From Bacteroidales bacterium (GTDB lineage: Bacteria; Bacteroidota; Bacteroidia; Bacteroidales; UBA932): a stretch of 64,000 bases of DNA. The notes below the pieces were generated by a model. That model was not told the DNA's origin. It did not search any database and saw nothing but the letters and a program-made list of their open reading frames with translations. The DNA lies in contig JAVBNJ010000030.1 of NCBI GenBank assembly GCA_031551625.1, positions 1,592-65,591 of the forward strand, given 5' to 3'. The translations under genes were made by a program, and so were the position numbers. Positions 46,202 to 54,123 of the stretch are shown here, one piece after another (position 1 is the stretch's first letter; every line of letters starts with the position of its first letter).

Positions 46202-47974
46202 ATGCATTACTTGCCTTCCTTAAAAATTGCTCTACTAAAAAAAGTCTATTGTTTTTTATTGGTGAATATAATTTTGGGAGCTATGCCATTTAAATTAATA
46301 GCCGACAATCAATTAGAAAAATTTACCATAATCGCCAAGGAAGTCGACAGTCTCAGTAAACTACATGGAACAAAAGCGCGTTTATTACTCAAAGACCTAT
46401 ACCAAATAGCCGGTAATCACCCCGATAGCATAGTTTTAAAACAAGAATGCTTATACCGCGAAGCCGAGTTAGGCTATGCACAAGGTGTTTACGACTCGAC
46501 TATTAACAGATTGATAAAAAAAGAATTACAATATATCAATCCGCTAAAAGATACTTTTCACAATGCAATGTTACAGTATTCTTTTGCATTAAACCAATAC
46601 CTGAAGGGGAGTTATGGCGAAGCATTTACGTTGGCCCTATACGCCATGGAGCAATTCGAACAACTGAAAAACAACCAGTTTACTATTAAAACGCTCATGA
46701 TTTTAGGACGTATTTGTATTTCTATCGAAAGTTACAAGATGGCGGAGGAATATTACAATAAAGCCTTGGAATACATGGATAGATTGCATCCGGATTATTA
46801 TCAAATACGTTCCAATATCGTTTATATTACATTAGTCCGTTCCGGCCATCTCGAGGCAGCCACAGATTCTTTGATTAAGTACATTTCTATATTTGAAGCG
46901 AAACAAGATACGGCACAGCTAATCGGTAGCTATTTAAATATCAGCAGTATTTACCATCTAAAAAACGAACACGAGAAAACACGGTACTATTATACTGCCA
47001 CTCACAAATTGATTCAAGCAATAGATAACGTTCGCTATTCCGTTGTATTTTACCAAGGTTTTGGTGTTTATCAAATCATGGAAAATAACCTGCGTGCAGC
47101 CTATCAAAATTTTCACCTGGCAAAAACATTTGCCGAAAACTCTGGAAGTCCGGATCTACTAATTTTTCCATTTGAATCATTAGCTCATATTCACGAAAAA
47201 TTAAATCATATCGACAGCGCTTACTTTTATGTAAAACAATACAATGCTGTAAAAGAAAAAATTCTGAAAGAGGCAAATCCTATAGAAGCTTACCGGTCAT
47301 ACATTTCTGTTTTTTTAGAAGCGTCAAAACAAGAATTAATTATTAAAGAACAGGAAATATTGTTAAAGAACAGGCTTGTCATTGTTATGACTATTTCTGC
47401 CGTTGGAATCATTTTGCTAATTGTATCATGGTTAATCATACTACAACAACAAAAACGCCACAGTCACCAACAAGCATTACTCAAAGAAACCGAAAATAAA
47501 GAATTGGAAGAACGACTGCAAAGTAAATTATTGAGTGAGCAACTACAAACCGAACGAATCAATGCGCAAACCCGTGAACTTACCAGCTATTCCCTGGCGC
47601 TTTCCAACAAAAACAGTATCTTGCAACAAATTTCCAGTGCCATTCAACGGCTTCCTAATGACCCTAGAGCGTCGGACGATATTCAAAAAATGATTAAAAA
47701 TAATCTGAATATAGACGGCGCGTGGGAGGATTTTGTATTGCATTTCGAAAAAGTGCATCCAAGTTTCTTCAACCGGATTAAAACCATTTGCAATACACTT
47801 TCAGAAAATGATCTTCGGCTATGCGCCTATTTTAGAATTGGCATGTTAGCAAAACAAATTGCTCAAATACTTAATGTATCGCCCGAATCTATAAAAATGC
47901 ACCGCTATCGCATTAAGAAAAAACTTAATCTTTCGGAAGACGAAAATCTCGATGATTTTATCCGGAATATATAG
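46202..47974 (+). CDS. TPR-repeat sensor/regulator with a TM helix and a C-terminal LuxR-type HTH
   Basis: N-terminal hydrophobic segment, TPR-like region, TM VIVMTISAVGIILLIVSWLIIL, a coiled coil, and the LuxR HTH LSENDLRLCAYFRIGMLAKQIAQILNVSPESIKMHRYRIKKKL. Confidence 0.8.
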   Translation: MHYLPSLKIALLKKVYCFLLVNIILGAMPFKLIADNQLEKFTIIAKEVDSLSKLHGTKARLLLKDLYQIAGNHPDSIVLKQECLYREAELGYAQGVYDSTINRLIKKELQYINPLKDTFHNAMLQYSFALNQYLKGSYGEAFTLALYAMEQFEQLKNNQFTIKTLMILGRICISIESYKMAEEYYNKALEYMDRLHPDYYQIRSNIVYITLVRSGHLEAATDSLIKYISIFEAKQDTAQLIGSYLNISSIYHLKNEHEKTRYYYTATHKLIQAIDNVRYSVVFYQGFGVYQIMENNLRAAYQNFHLAKTFAENSGSPDLLIFPFESLAHIHEKLNHIDSAYFYVKQYNAVKEKILKEANPIEAYRSYISVFLEASKQELIIKEQEILLKNRLVIVMTISAVGIILLIVSWLIILQQQKRHSHQQALLKETENKELEERLQSKLLSEQLQTERINAQTRELTSYSLALSNKNSILQQISSAIQRLPNDPRASDDIQKMIKNNLNIDGAWEDFVLHFEKVHPSFFNRIKTICNTLSENDLRLCAYFRIGMLAKQIAQILNVSPESIKMHRYRIKKKLNLSEDENLDDFIRNI

Positions 47975-48567
47975 GACATCTTAACACCGTTCATAACATG
48001 TTTGCCCCATTGTTTATTTCTTTTACCAAAAAATTAAAACTTTTTTTGGCTGAAAAAAATGCACTTGCTAATAAAAATAGTTATTAAAACCACAAAAAAA
48101 TCTATACCTAAAAAATAACATTTTTTTCACTGAATACACGCTTTTAACAACTGTTTAAAAAGCCTTACTTATCAACATTACCAGATGGTGGATAATGTGA
48201 AAAAATAAATTAAAAAACTAAAAATCAAGCTCTATAAAAATTCATTTTTGTTAATCTAATTTACGTAAAATTCATTTTTGAATAATAGAATAGGAAAACT
48301 ATTTTTTTATACACAAATTTAACGTGCTATAAACAACATTAAATTTTTTTAATTTTAATCTTTTATAATTATAATATATACTGTTTGTTCAAAACTAAAA
48401 TTTTTGTCGCGTGAAAAATATAAAAATAAAAACCGTAATTTTGTAATTAGAGATTGTTTCGCTATACTCGCAATGACGTGCTAAAATAACTTTTTGCAAA
48501 TAAGTATGACTATCGTCATTACAAGGTACGAAGCAATCCAATTAGAAAGAAGAATGTATTCTTATAA
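47975..48567. other. AT-rich intergenic region, candidate chromosomal replication origin (oriC)
   Basis: Three 9-mers one mismatch from the DnaA box TTATCCACA: TTATCAACA 48169-48177, GGTGGATAA 48187-48195 (reverse orientation) and TTATACACA 48307-48315. Direct repeat AAAATTCATTTTTG at 48237-48250 and 48267-48280. The region lies next to mnmG (gidA), and gene orientation switches nearby. Confidence 0.35.
48452..48538. repeat. cgcaatgacg-type inverted-repeat (MITE-like) element, copy 1
   Basis: Arms GATTGTTTCGCTATACTCGCAATGACG and CGTCATTACAAGGTACGAAGCAATC around a 35-nt loop. It lies 30 nt upstream of mnmG. Confidence 0.6.
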
Positions 48568-50505
48568 ATGGAAAAAGAATTTGATATAATTGTAGTAGGA
48601 GGGGGGCATGCCGGTTGCGAAGCTGCTGCTGCCGCTGCTAACATGGGTTCGCGAGTGTTGCTTGTTACAATGGATATGACGAAGTTTGCCTGCATGTCGT
48701 GTAACCCGGCAATGGGAGGTATTGCTAAGGGACAAATAGTACGCGAGATTGATGCGCTTGGTGGCTATAGTGGAATAGTAACCGACCGCAGTACTATTCA
48801 GTTTAGGATGCTCAATCGTTCAAAAGGTCCGGCGATGTGGAGTCCGCGAGCGCAATGTGATCGTACGCTTTTTTCCGTTGAATGGCGTAAAATGCTCGAA
48901 GAAACGCCTAATCTGTTTTTCTGGCAAGATACGGTTAAATCGTTATTATTTGATAATGAGCAAATTATAGGTATTTCAACACTTTTAGGAGCTGTATTTA
49001 AAGCGAAGTCTGTGATCCTTACCAACGGAACGTTTCTAAACGGGATAATTCATGTTGGACGGACACAAGTTACCGGGGGCCGGATGGGAGAATTATCGTC
49101 CTATGGAATTTCGGAGCAACTTTGCAAATTAGGTTTTGAAGTTGGAAGGATGAAAACCGGAACACCTGCTCGCCTCGACGGACGAACAATTGATTTTTCG
49201 AAATTGATTATTCAGGAAGGAGATAATCCGGCTTCTAAATTTTCATACTTAAATAAATTAGAAATTAAAAATCGGAAATTAGAGATTGTTCCACGTGAAA
49301 CAAATCATTCTCAATTCTCAACCATAAGCCCGACAAAGTCAATCCTCAATTATCAATTACCCTGTTACATTGCCCATACTTCAAAAGCAGTTCACGATAT
49401 TTTAAAAGGAGGATTTGCTGATTCTCCACTTTTTTCCGGCACTATAAAAGGAGTGGGACCGCGTTACTGTCCGAGTATAGAAGATAAACTTCGTACGTTT
49501 GCTGACAAAGATAGTCATCAACTTTTTTTAGAACCTGAAGGGTGGAATACAAATGAATATTATATTCAAGGTTTCTCGTCGTCGTTGCCAATGGATGTGC
49601 AAATACGTGCTTTACGAACAATTGAAGGTCTGGAAAATGTAGAAATATTCCGGCCTGGATATGCTATTGAATACGATTATTTTCCACCCATTCAGCTAAA
49701 GCACACAATGGAAACAAAGTATATAAATAATTTATACTTTGCCGGTCAAATAAATGGAACTACAGGATACGAAGAAGCGGCAGCCCAGGGTTTAATAGCC
49801 GGTATTAATGCGCATTTAAAAATTAATGGTAAACAAGAGTTAGTACTTGGTCGGGACCAGGCATATATAGGTGTGCTTATTGATGACCTGGTTACAAAGG
49901 GGGTCGATGAGCCGTATCGCATGTTTACTTCGCGGGCCGAATACCGTATTTTACTCCGACAGGATAATGCCGATATGCGGCTTACGGAATTATCCTATAA
50001 TTTAGGTTTAGCTTCACGTGAACGGTATGAACAGCTTTTATCTAAGAAAGAGGTTATCGAAAATATTTTGACAATCTTGCGCGAAACTTCTATAAAACCC
50101 GAAGAAATTAATCCGTATTTAGAAAGTATAAATTCGTCGCTTATTACGCAAAGTAAAAAATTAGCCGAAATAATCCAACGCCCTGAATTTTCTCTAACAG
50201 ATTTTCTCCAACTTTCAACTGATAATGTTCCACGTGGAACATCTCCCGAAATAATAGAATCAGTTGAAATATTATTAAAATATAGTGGTTATATTGAACG
50301 CGAACGATTATTGGCGGATAAAATGAATCGGTTAGAAAATGTACGAGTTCCTGCTAATTTTGATTTTGATAAAATATCGTCGCTTTCTATAGAGTCGCGA
50401 ATGAAGCTTAAAAAGCATCAACCGGAAACTATAGGACAAGCTTCGCGTATATCCGGTGTTTCGCCTGCCGATATTTCAGTGTTGTTGGTTTATTTTGGTC
50501 GTTAA
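48568..50505 (+). CDS. mnmG: tRNA uridine-5-carboxymethylaminomethyl(34) synthesis enzyme MnmG (GidA)
   Basis: DIIVVGGGHAGCEAA FAD motif, GVGPRYCPSIEDK, FAGQINGTTGYEEAAAQG and QASRISGVSPADISVLLVY. 645 aa. Confidence 0.97.
   Translation: MEKEFDIIVVGGGHAGCEAAAAAANMGSRVLLVTMDMTKFACMSCNPAMGGIAKGQIVREIDALGGYSGIVTDRSTIQFRMLNRSKGPAMWSPRAQCDRTLFSVEWRKMLEETPNLFFWQDTVKSLLFDNEQIIGISTLLGAVFKAKSVILTNGTFLNGIIHVGRTQVTGGRMGELSSYGISEQLCKLGFEVGRMKTGTPARLDGRTIDFSKLIIQEGDNPASKFSYLNKLEIKNRKLEIVPRETNHSQFSTISPTKSILNYQLPCYIAHTSKAVHDILKGGFADSPLFSGTIKGVGPRYCPSIEDKLRTFADKDSHQLFLEPEGWNTNEYYIQGFSSSLPMDVQIRALRTIEGLENVEIFRPGYAIEYDYFPPIQLKHTMETKYINNLYFAGQINGTTGYEEAAAQGLIAGINAHLKINGKQELVLGRDQAYIGVLIDDLVTKGVDEPYRMFTSRAEYRILLRQDNADMRLTELSYNLGLASRERYEQLLSKKEVIENILTILRETSIKPEEINPYLESINSSLITQSKKLAEIIQRPEFSLTDFLQLSTDNVPRGTSPEIIESVEILLKYSGYIERERLLADKMNRLENVRVPANFDFDKISSLSIESRMKLKKHQPETIGQASRISGVSPADISVLLVYFGR
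49284..49306. repeat. GTTCCACGTG-type palindrome inside mnmG (imperfect)
   Basis: GATTGTTCCACGTGAAACAAATC, encoding EIVPRETN within an apparent in-frame insertion. Confidence 0.55.
50225..50242. repeat. GTTCCACGTGGAAC palindrome inside mnmG
   Basis: ATGTTCCACGTGGAACAT is an 18-nt perfect palindrome encoding VPRGT. Confidence 0.6.
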
Positions 50506-50523
50506 TGTTCCACGTGGAACATT
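50504..50523. repeat. GTTCCACGTGGAAC palindrome overlapping the mnmG stop codon
   Basis: AATGTTCCACGTGGAACATT is a 20-nt perfect palindrome. Confidence 0.6.
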
Positions 50524-50538
50524 ATATAATAGAGTATG

Positions 50539-50625
50539 GATTACTTCGTATCTCGCAATGACGATTATTTTAACTTATTGCAATAGGTAACTCAGCACGT
50601 CATTGCGAGCAATAGCGAAGCGATC
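50539..50625. repeat. cgcaatgacg-type inverted-repeat (MITE-like) element, copy 2, inverted relative to copy 1
   Basis: Arms GATTACTTCGTATCTCGCAATGACG and CGTCATTGCGAGCAATAGCGAAGCGATC. The loop orientation (CGCAATGACGTGCT on the opposite strand) shows that it is inverted relative to copy 1. Confidence 0.6.
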
Positions 50626-50657
50626 TAATCGATAATAAAGAAACTAAAAAGTGCGTT

Positions 50658-50735
50658 TATGAGTAAAGGTAGCTACGTTTACATAATGACTAATTATACC
50701 AATAGTGTTCTCGAATGCAGTGTGGGCAATCCATA
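50658..50735 (+). pseudogene. remnant of a small GIY-YIG nuclease gene (N-terminal about 18 codons only)
   Basis: It translates MSKGSYVYIMTNYTNSVL-ECSVGNP-stop. YVYIMTN....VL is the GIY-YIG N-terminal motif, and the rest of the domain is missing. It lies beside a cgcaatgacg-type IR element. Confidence 0.45.
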
Positions 50736-50750
50736 AAATATAAAAGTAAC

Positions 50751-50770
50751 GATTGTTCCACGTGGAACAA
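50751..50770. repeat. GTTCCACGTGGAAC palindrome upstream of ade
   Basis: ATTGTTCCACGTGGAACAAT is a 20-nt perfect palindrome. The coordinate may be off by 1. Confidence 0.6.
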
Positions 50771-50789
50771 TTACTAAAAATATAAAATT

Positions 50790-52514
50790 ATGGGGATACA
50801 ATTTCAACGAAGAGATCCGATAACACCGCCGCAAACCTACCAACTGAAACTCGAAGATTATTTTGGGTTAGTAGAACCGCAGGTTTTACGAGGCAATATT
50901 GTCGATATCGAAAAGCAAGAAATATATCAAGGTTGTATTCATATAGTCGATGGACGGATTTCTAAGATAGAACGATGTGCTGTTTTGGAAACGCACTATA
51001 TTCTTCCCGGATTGATAGATGCACATGTGCATGTGGAAAGTAGCATGTTAACCCCGGCCTCATTTGCGAACGAAGCAGTGAAGCATGGGGTAGTGGCAGC
51101 CGTATGCGATCCTCACGAAATTGCTAACGTGATGGGGGAGGAGGGAATTGAGTTTATGATTGATTCGGCCAAACAGTCCGATTTTAAATTTTTCTTTGGG
51201 GCTCCTTCTTGTGTTCCGGCCACTCCGGTCGAAACGTCGGGTGCAAAGTTGGATGCAGCACAAGTAGAACAACTATTGCAACGCGACGATATTTATTTTT
51301 TGGCCGAAATGATGAACTATCCGGGTGTAGTTGGTGGCGACCCGGAAGTAATGAAAAAATTGGCTGCCGCTAAAAAATTGGGAAAGCCGGTTGATGGGCA
51401 TGTGCCCGGACTGAGTGGCGATGAATTGAAAAAATATGTTGCAGCCGGAATTTCGACCGACCATGAGTGTATTGATACTTGCGAAGCAGAAGAGAAAATT
51501 CATTTAGGAATGAAAATTAGTATCCGGGAAGGGAGCGCTGCCAAGAATTTCGATATGCTTTATCCGTTGATAAATCGTTACCCCTCGTCGGTTATGTTGT
51601 GTACAGACGATTGTCATCCACATGAATTATTGCAGGGTTACATGCTTTCGCTATTGAAAAAAGGACTGGATAAAGGATTAGGTTTCTTTAATTTACTTCG
51701 TACGTTGACAAGTAATGTTGTAAATCACTATCGTTTACCGGTTGGTTTACTGCAAGTAAACCAACTGGCTGATTGTATTGTAGTAGATAATATTGATGAT
51801 TTAACTGTTTTACAGACTTATATAAATGGAAAGAAGGTGTTCGATAATACTGAAAATTCTATTAAAATTAATAATAACTTATTAGTAATAAATAATTTTA
51901 AGTTATTACCTATAGCAAAACATGAAATAATTGTGCCGGCCAAGTCGACTAAAATTCGAATTATTGAACTAATAAACAATGAATTATATACAAAGCAGGT
52001 GATAGAGGCGGCAACGATAGTAGGCGGCCAAATAGTTGCTGATCCCAAGCGGGACTTGCTAAAGATAGTGGTGTTGAATCGGTATGTGGAAAAAGCAGTA
52101 CCGGCTGTCGGGTTTATTCGCGGTTTCGGGTTGCACAGCGGCACCTTGTGCAGCAGCGTGGCGCACGATAGTCATAACTTACTGGCTGTGGGGGCTGACG
52201 ACGATTCGCTGGCGGCAGCCATCAATGCGGTAATTGCTCACAAAGGGGGCATTGCCTGTTGCGATGAAAAGGGAAGAACATCGGTACTTCCGTTGCCAGT
52301 AGCGGGTTTGATGAGTACTGCCCCTGCTGCTGAAGTGGCTCAGCAGTACGAGTTGTTGCAACAGCACGCGCGGGAGTGAGGCTGTATGCTCGCCGCACCG
52401 TTCATGACCATGGCTTTCATGTCGCTGATTGTAATTCCCGAACTAAAAATTTGCGACCGCGGCTTATTTGATGTTACAAAATTTGAACCGGTGGATTTAT
52501 TTGCGGATGAATAA
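50790..52514 (+). pseudogene. ade: adenine deaminase interrupted by an in-frame TGA near the 3-prime end
   Basis: LPGLIDAHVHVESS metal site, DGH, DHE and a C-terminal domain. The ORF stops at TGA 52377-52379. The same frame continues [47 protein letters not shown] (52512-52514), which is the conserved Ade C-terminus. Confidence 0.8.
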
Positions 52515-52519
52515 ATCGG

Positions 52520-52527
52520 TATCTTTG
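52520..52527 (+). promoter_or_regulatory. -7 promoter box for lipoprotein gene 52553
   Basis: TATCTTTG, 26 nt upstream of the ATG. Confidence 0.4.
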
Positions 52528-52552
52528 CATTCTAAATATAACCTGCATTCGT

Positions 52553-53683
52553 ATGAAAATAGCAATGGCTTTAGGTAAAACTATTATTTTAGTTGGTGCG
52601 GCAGTCGTCCTTGCGTCGTGTGGGAGCGCGCTCCAATCCTACAAAAAAGGCGATTATTTAACAGCGAGCGAAAAAGCCGTAAATAAATTACAAAGCAAAC
52701 CCAATGATGCCGATGCGCGCTATGTGCTTGAGCATGCATACCCCTTGTTGCAGGACAAAGCGCTGCGCGAAATCGACTCGCTTGATGCTAATTTGAGTAT
52801 CAGGAATAACGAAAAGGTAATTGACCTTTATGAGCGCCTGAATAAACTCTCCATACAGATTACCTATTGCCCCGCCGCACACGAAATTGTGCCGCAGCCC
52901 GGGGCCTACAACGATGTGTTGCAAGACCGCAAGAATGCAACGGCCGATTATTTCTATGGAGAAGGCATGCATGCCCTTGATGCCGGTACGTTGGAGCAAG
53001 CCCGTAAGGCGCTCGATGATTTCAAAGAGGCGGCTAAATATGTGCCCGACTACAAAGATGTGGAAGATAAAATTGCCGAAGCACGCGAAGCTGCTACGAT
53101 GCATGTAGTGGTCGAAGAACCCCTGTTTACTTTCCGTCTACGTCCCGGCGACGACATGCGCTACCGCTGGCTGATGGACGAAATTAACCGCAGTTATTAC
53201 CGCTATCCGGTGCATTTTTATTCGATGTACGATGTCGCGATAACTCCGCAACAGCGTGTAGTGCTTGACTTCCAGGATTTCGTAATAGGCAATGCCGTTA
53301 CTACGACACGCACCGAAACGTTGACGCGCGAGGTGGTTGTTGGTTCCACAGTGATAGATGGTAAGACGGAGTATATCTACGAAACGGTGAGTGCGCGCAT
53401 TACTATTTATCGTATGCAGGTAATTGCCGAAGGCTTGCTCGACGTGCGTATCACTGATTACCGCACGGGGCGCTACCTGAACCAGCGCACCTTGCGGCGC
53501 AACGCTGTCTGGTTTACCGAATGGGCAACCTTCACCGGCGACCGGCGCGCGCTTTCCGGTAATGCAGCCGTATTGGCAGGGAGGGGACCCGAGATAGCGC
53601 CGCATAGCGATATACTTTATAGCCAAGTGGTGAACCAGCTCTATGACGATGCGGCACGGTATATTGAATCAGTATACCGGTGA
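52553..53683 (+). CDS. hypothetical lipoprotein
   Basis: Lipobox VVLASCGS. 376 aa. TATCTTTG box at 52520-52527. No family recognised. Confidence 0.5.
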   Translation: MKIAMALGKTIILVGAAVVLASCGSALQSYKKGDYLTASEKAVNKLQSKPNDADARYVLEHAYPLLQDKALREIDSLDANLSIRNNEKVIDLYERLNKLSIQITYCPAAHEIVPQPGAYNDVLQDRKNATADYFYGEGMHALDAGTLEQARKALDDFKEAAKYVPDYKDVEDKIAEAREAATMHVVVEEPLFTFRLRPGDDMRYRWLMDEINRSYYRYPVHFYSMYDVAITPQQRVVLDFQDFVIGNAVTTTRTETLTREVVVGSTVIDGKTEYIYETVSARITIYRMQVIAEGLLDVRITDYRTGRYLNQRTLRRNAVWFTEWATFTGDRRALSGNAAVLAGRGPEIAPHSDILYSQVVNQLYDDAARYIESVYR

Positions 53684-53708
53684 TTTGATAAAATTTGACA
53701 CGTTGCTA

Positions 53709-53739
53709 TTTGGCGGTTAAAAATATTGTGCTACATTTG
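53709..53739 (+). promoter_or_regulatory. promoter (-33 TTTG / -7 TACATTTG) driving leader copy 2
   Basis: TTTG at 53709-53712, a 19-nt spacer, then TACATTTG at 53732-53739. Confidence 0.5.
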
Positions 53740-54123
53740 CGGTAACAATAGACGTTCTTTTGGTTCGGGTAAATTTATTCTCGTTGAAAAATCTTGACAA
53801 TTTTTGCATTAAGAGAATAGTGGAAACCACTGGTAAAACGTGGGTTTTGCTTATTTTTAATGCAGGTAGTCAAGAACCTTTCAACAAATGAGTTTAACCT
53901 GCGTTTTTGTTTTTTGCTCACAGATTCCACAGAAGGGAGAACAAATTACGGAAATTGAAACGAAAGAGGCAGCGAATGAAAAATCGTAGCAAGGGGTTGT
54001 TGTGTTTGTTTGTTGATGGAACGCGGATGACGCGGATTAGACGGATTTACGCGGATTTTAAAACAACCCCTATGCTACGTAAATAAAACTAAAAAATTAG
54101 TTAAAATTTAAAATAAAATATGT
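53740..54123 (+). promoter_or_regulatory. long structured 5-prime leader, copy 2 (candidate cis-regulatory RNA)
   Basis: Helices at 53783-53798/53869-53885, 53805-53812/53857-53864 and 53985-54001/54062-54079. The architecture matches 23712-24122. The 18-mer ACTAAAAAATTAGTTAAA at 54088-54105 is identical in both copies. Confidence 0.55.

Noticed and set aside
49284-50770. The four GTTCCACGTG(G/A)AAC palindromes as a CRISPR-like array.
   Set aside because: The spacings are irregular (about 920, 260 and 230 nt), two copies lie inside a conserved coding sequence, there are no cas genes, and the repeats are short perfect palindromes. This is not a CRISPR architecture.
50999-51003. A possible extra T in the run at 51000-51002, which would frameshift ade. 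By my hand count the ade ATG falls at 50789 and not 50790, and the codons read ...CAC TAT ATT T CTT CCC... at the line break.
   Set aside because: The supplied ORF track reports one uninterrupted ORF, 50790-52379, whose translation reads through this point (THYILPG). I cannot reconcile the one-base difference by eye, so I defer to the computed track. As a consequence, my hand-derived coordinates between about 50506 and 51002 may be off by 1.
15277-52379. Stop-codon reassignment (alternative genetic code) as the explanation for the in-frame TAA in sdhA and TGA in ade.
   Set aside because: Both TAA and TGA terminate many well-defined genes at the expected lengths in this window (for example nadA and ruvB with TAA, ORF 5852-6616 with TGA). 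The two lesions use different codons.
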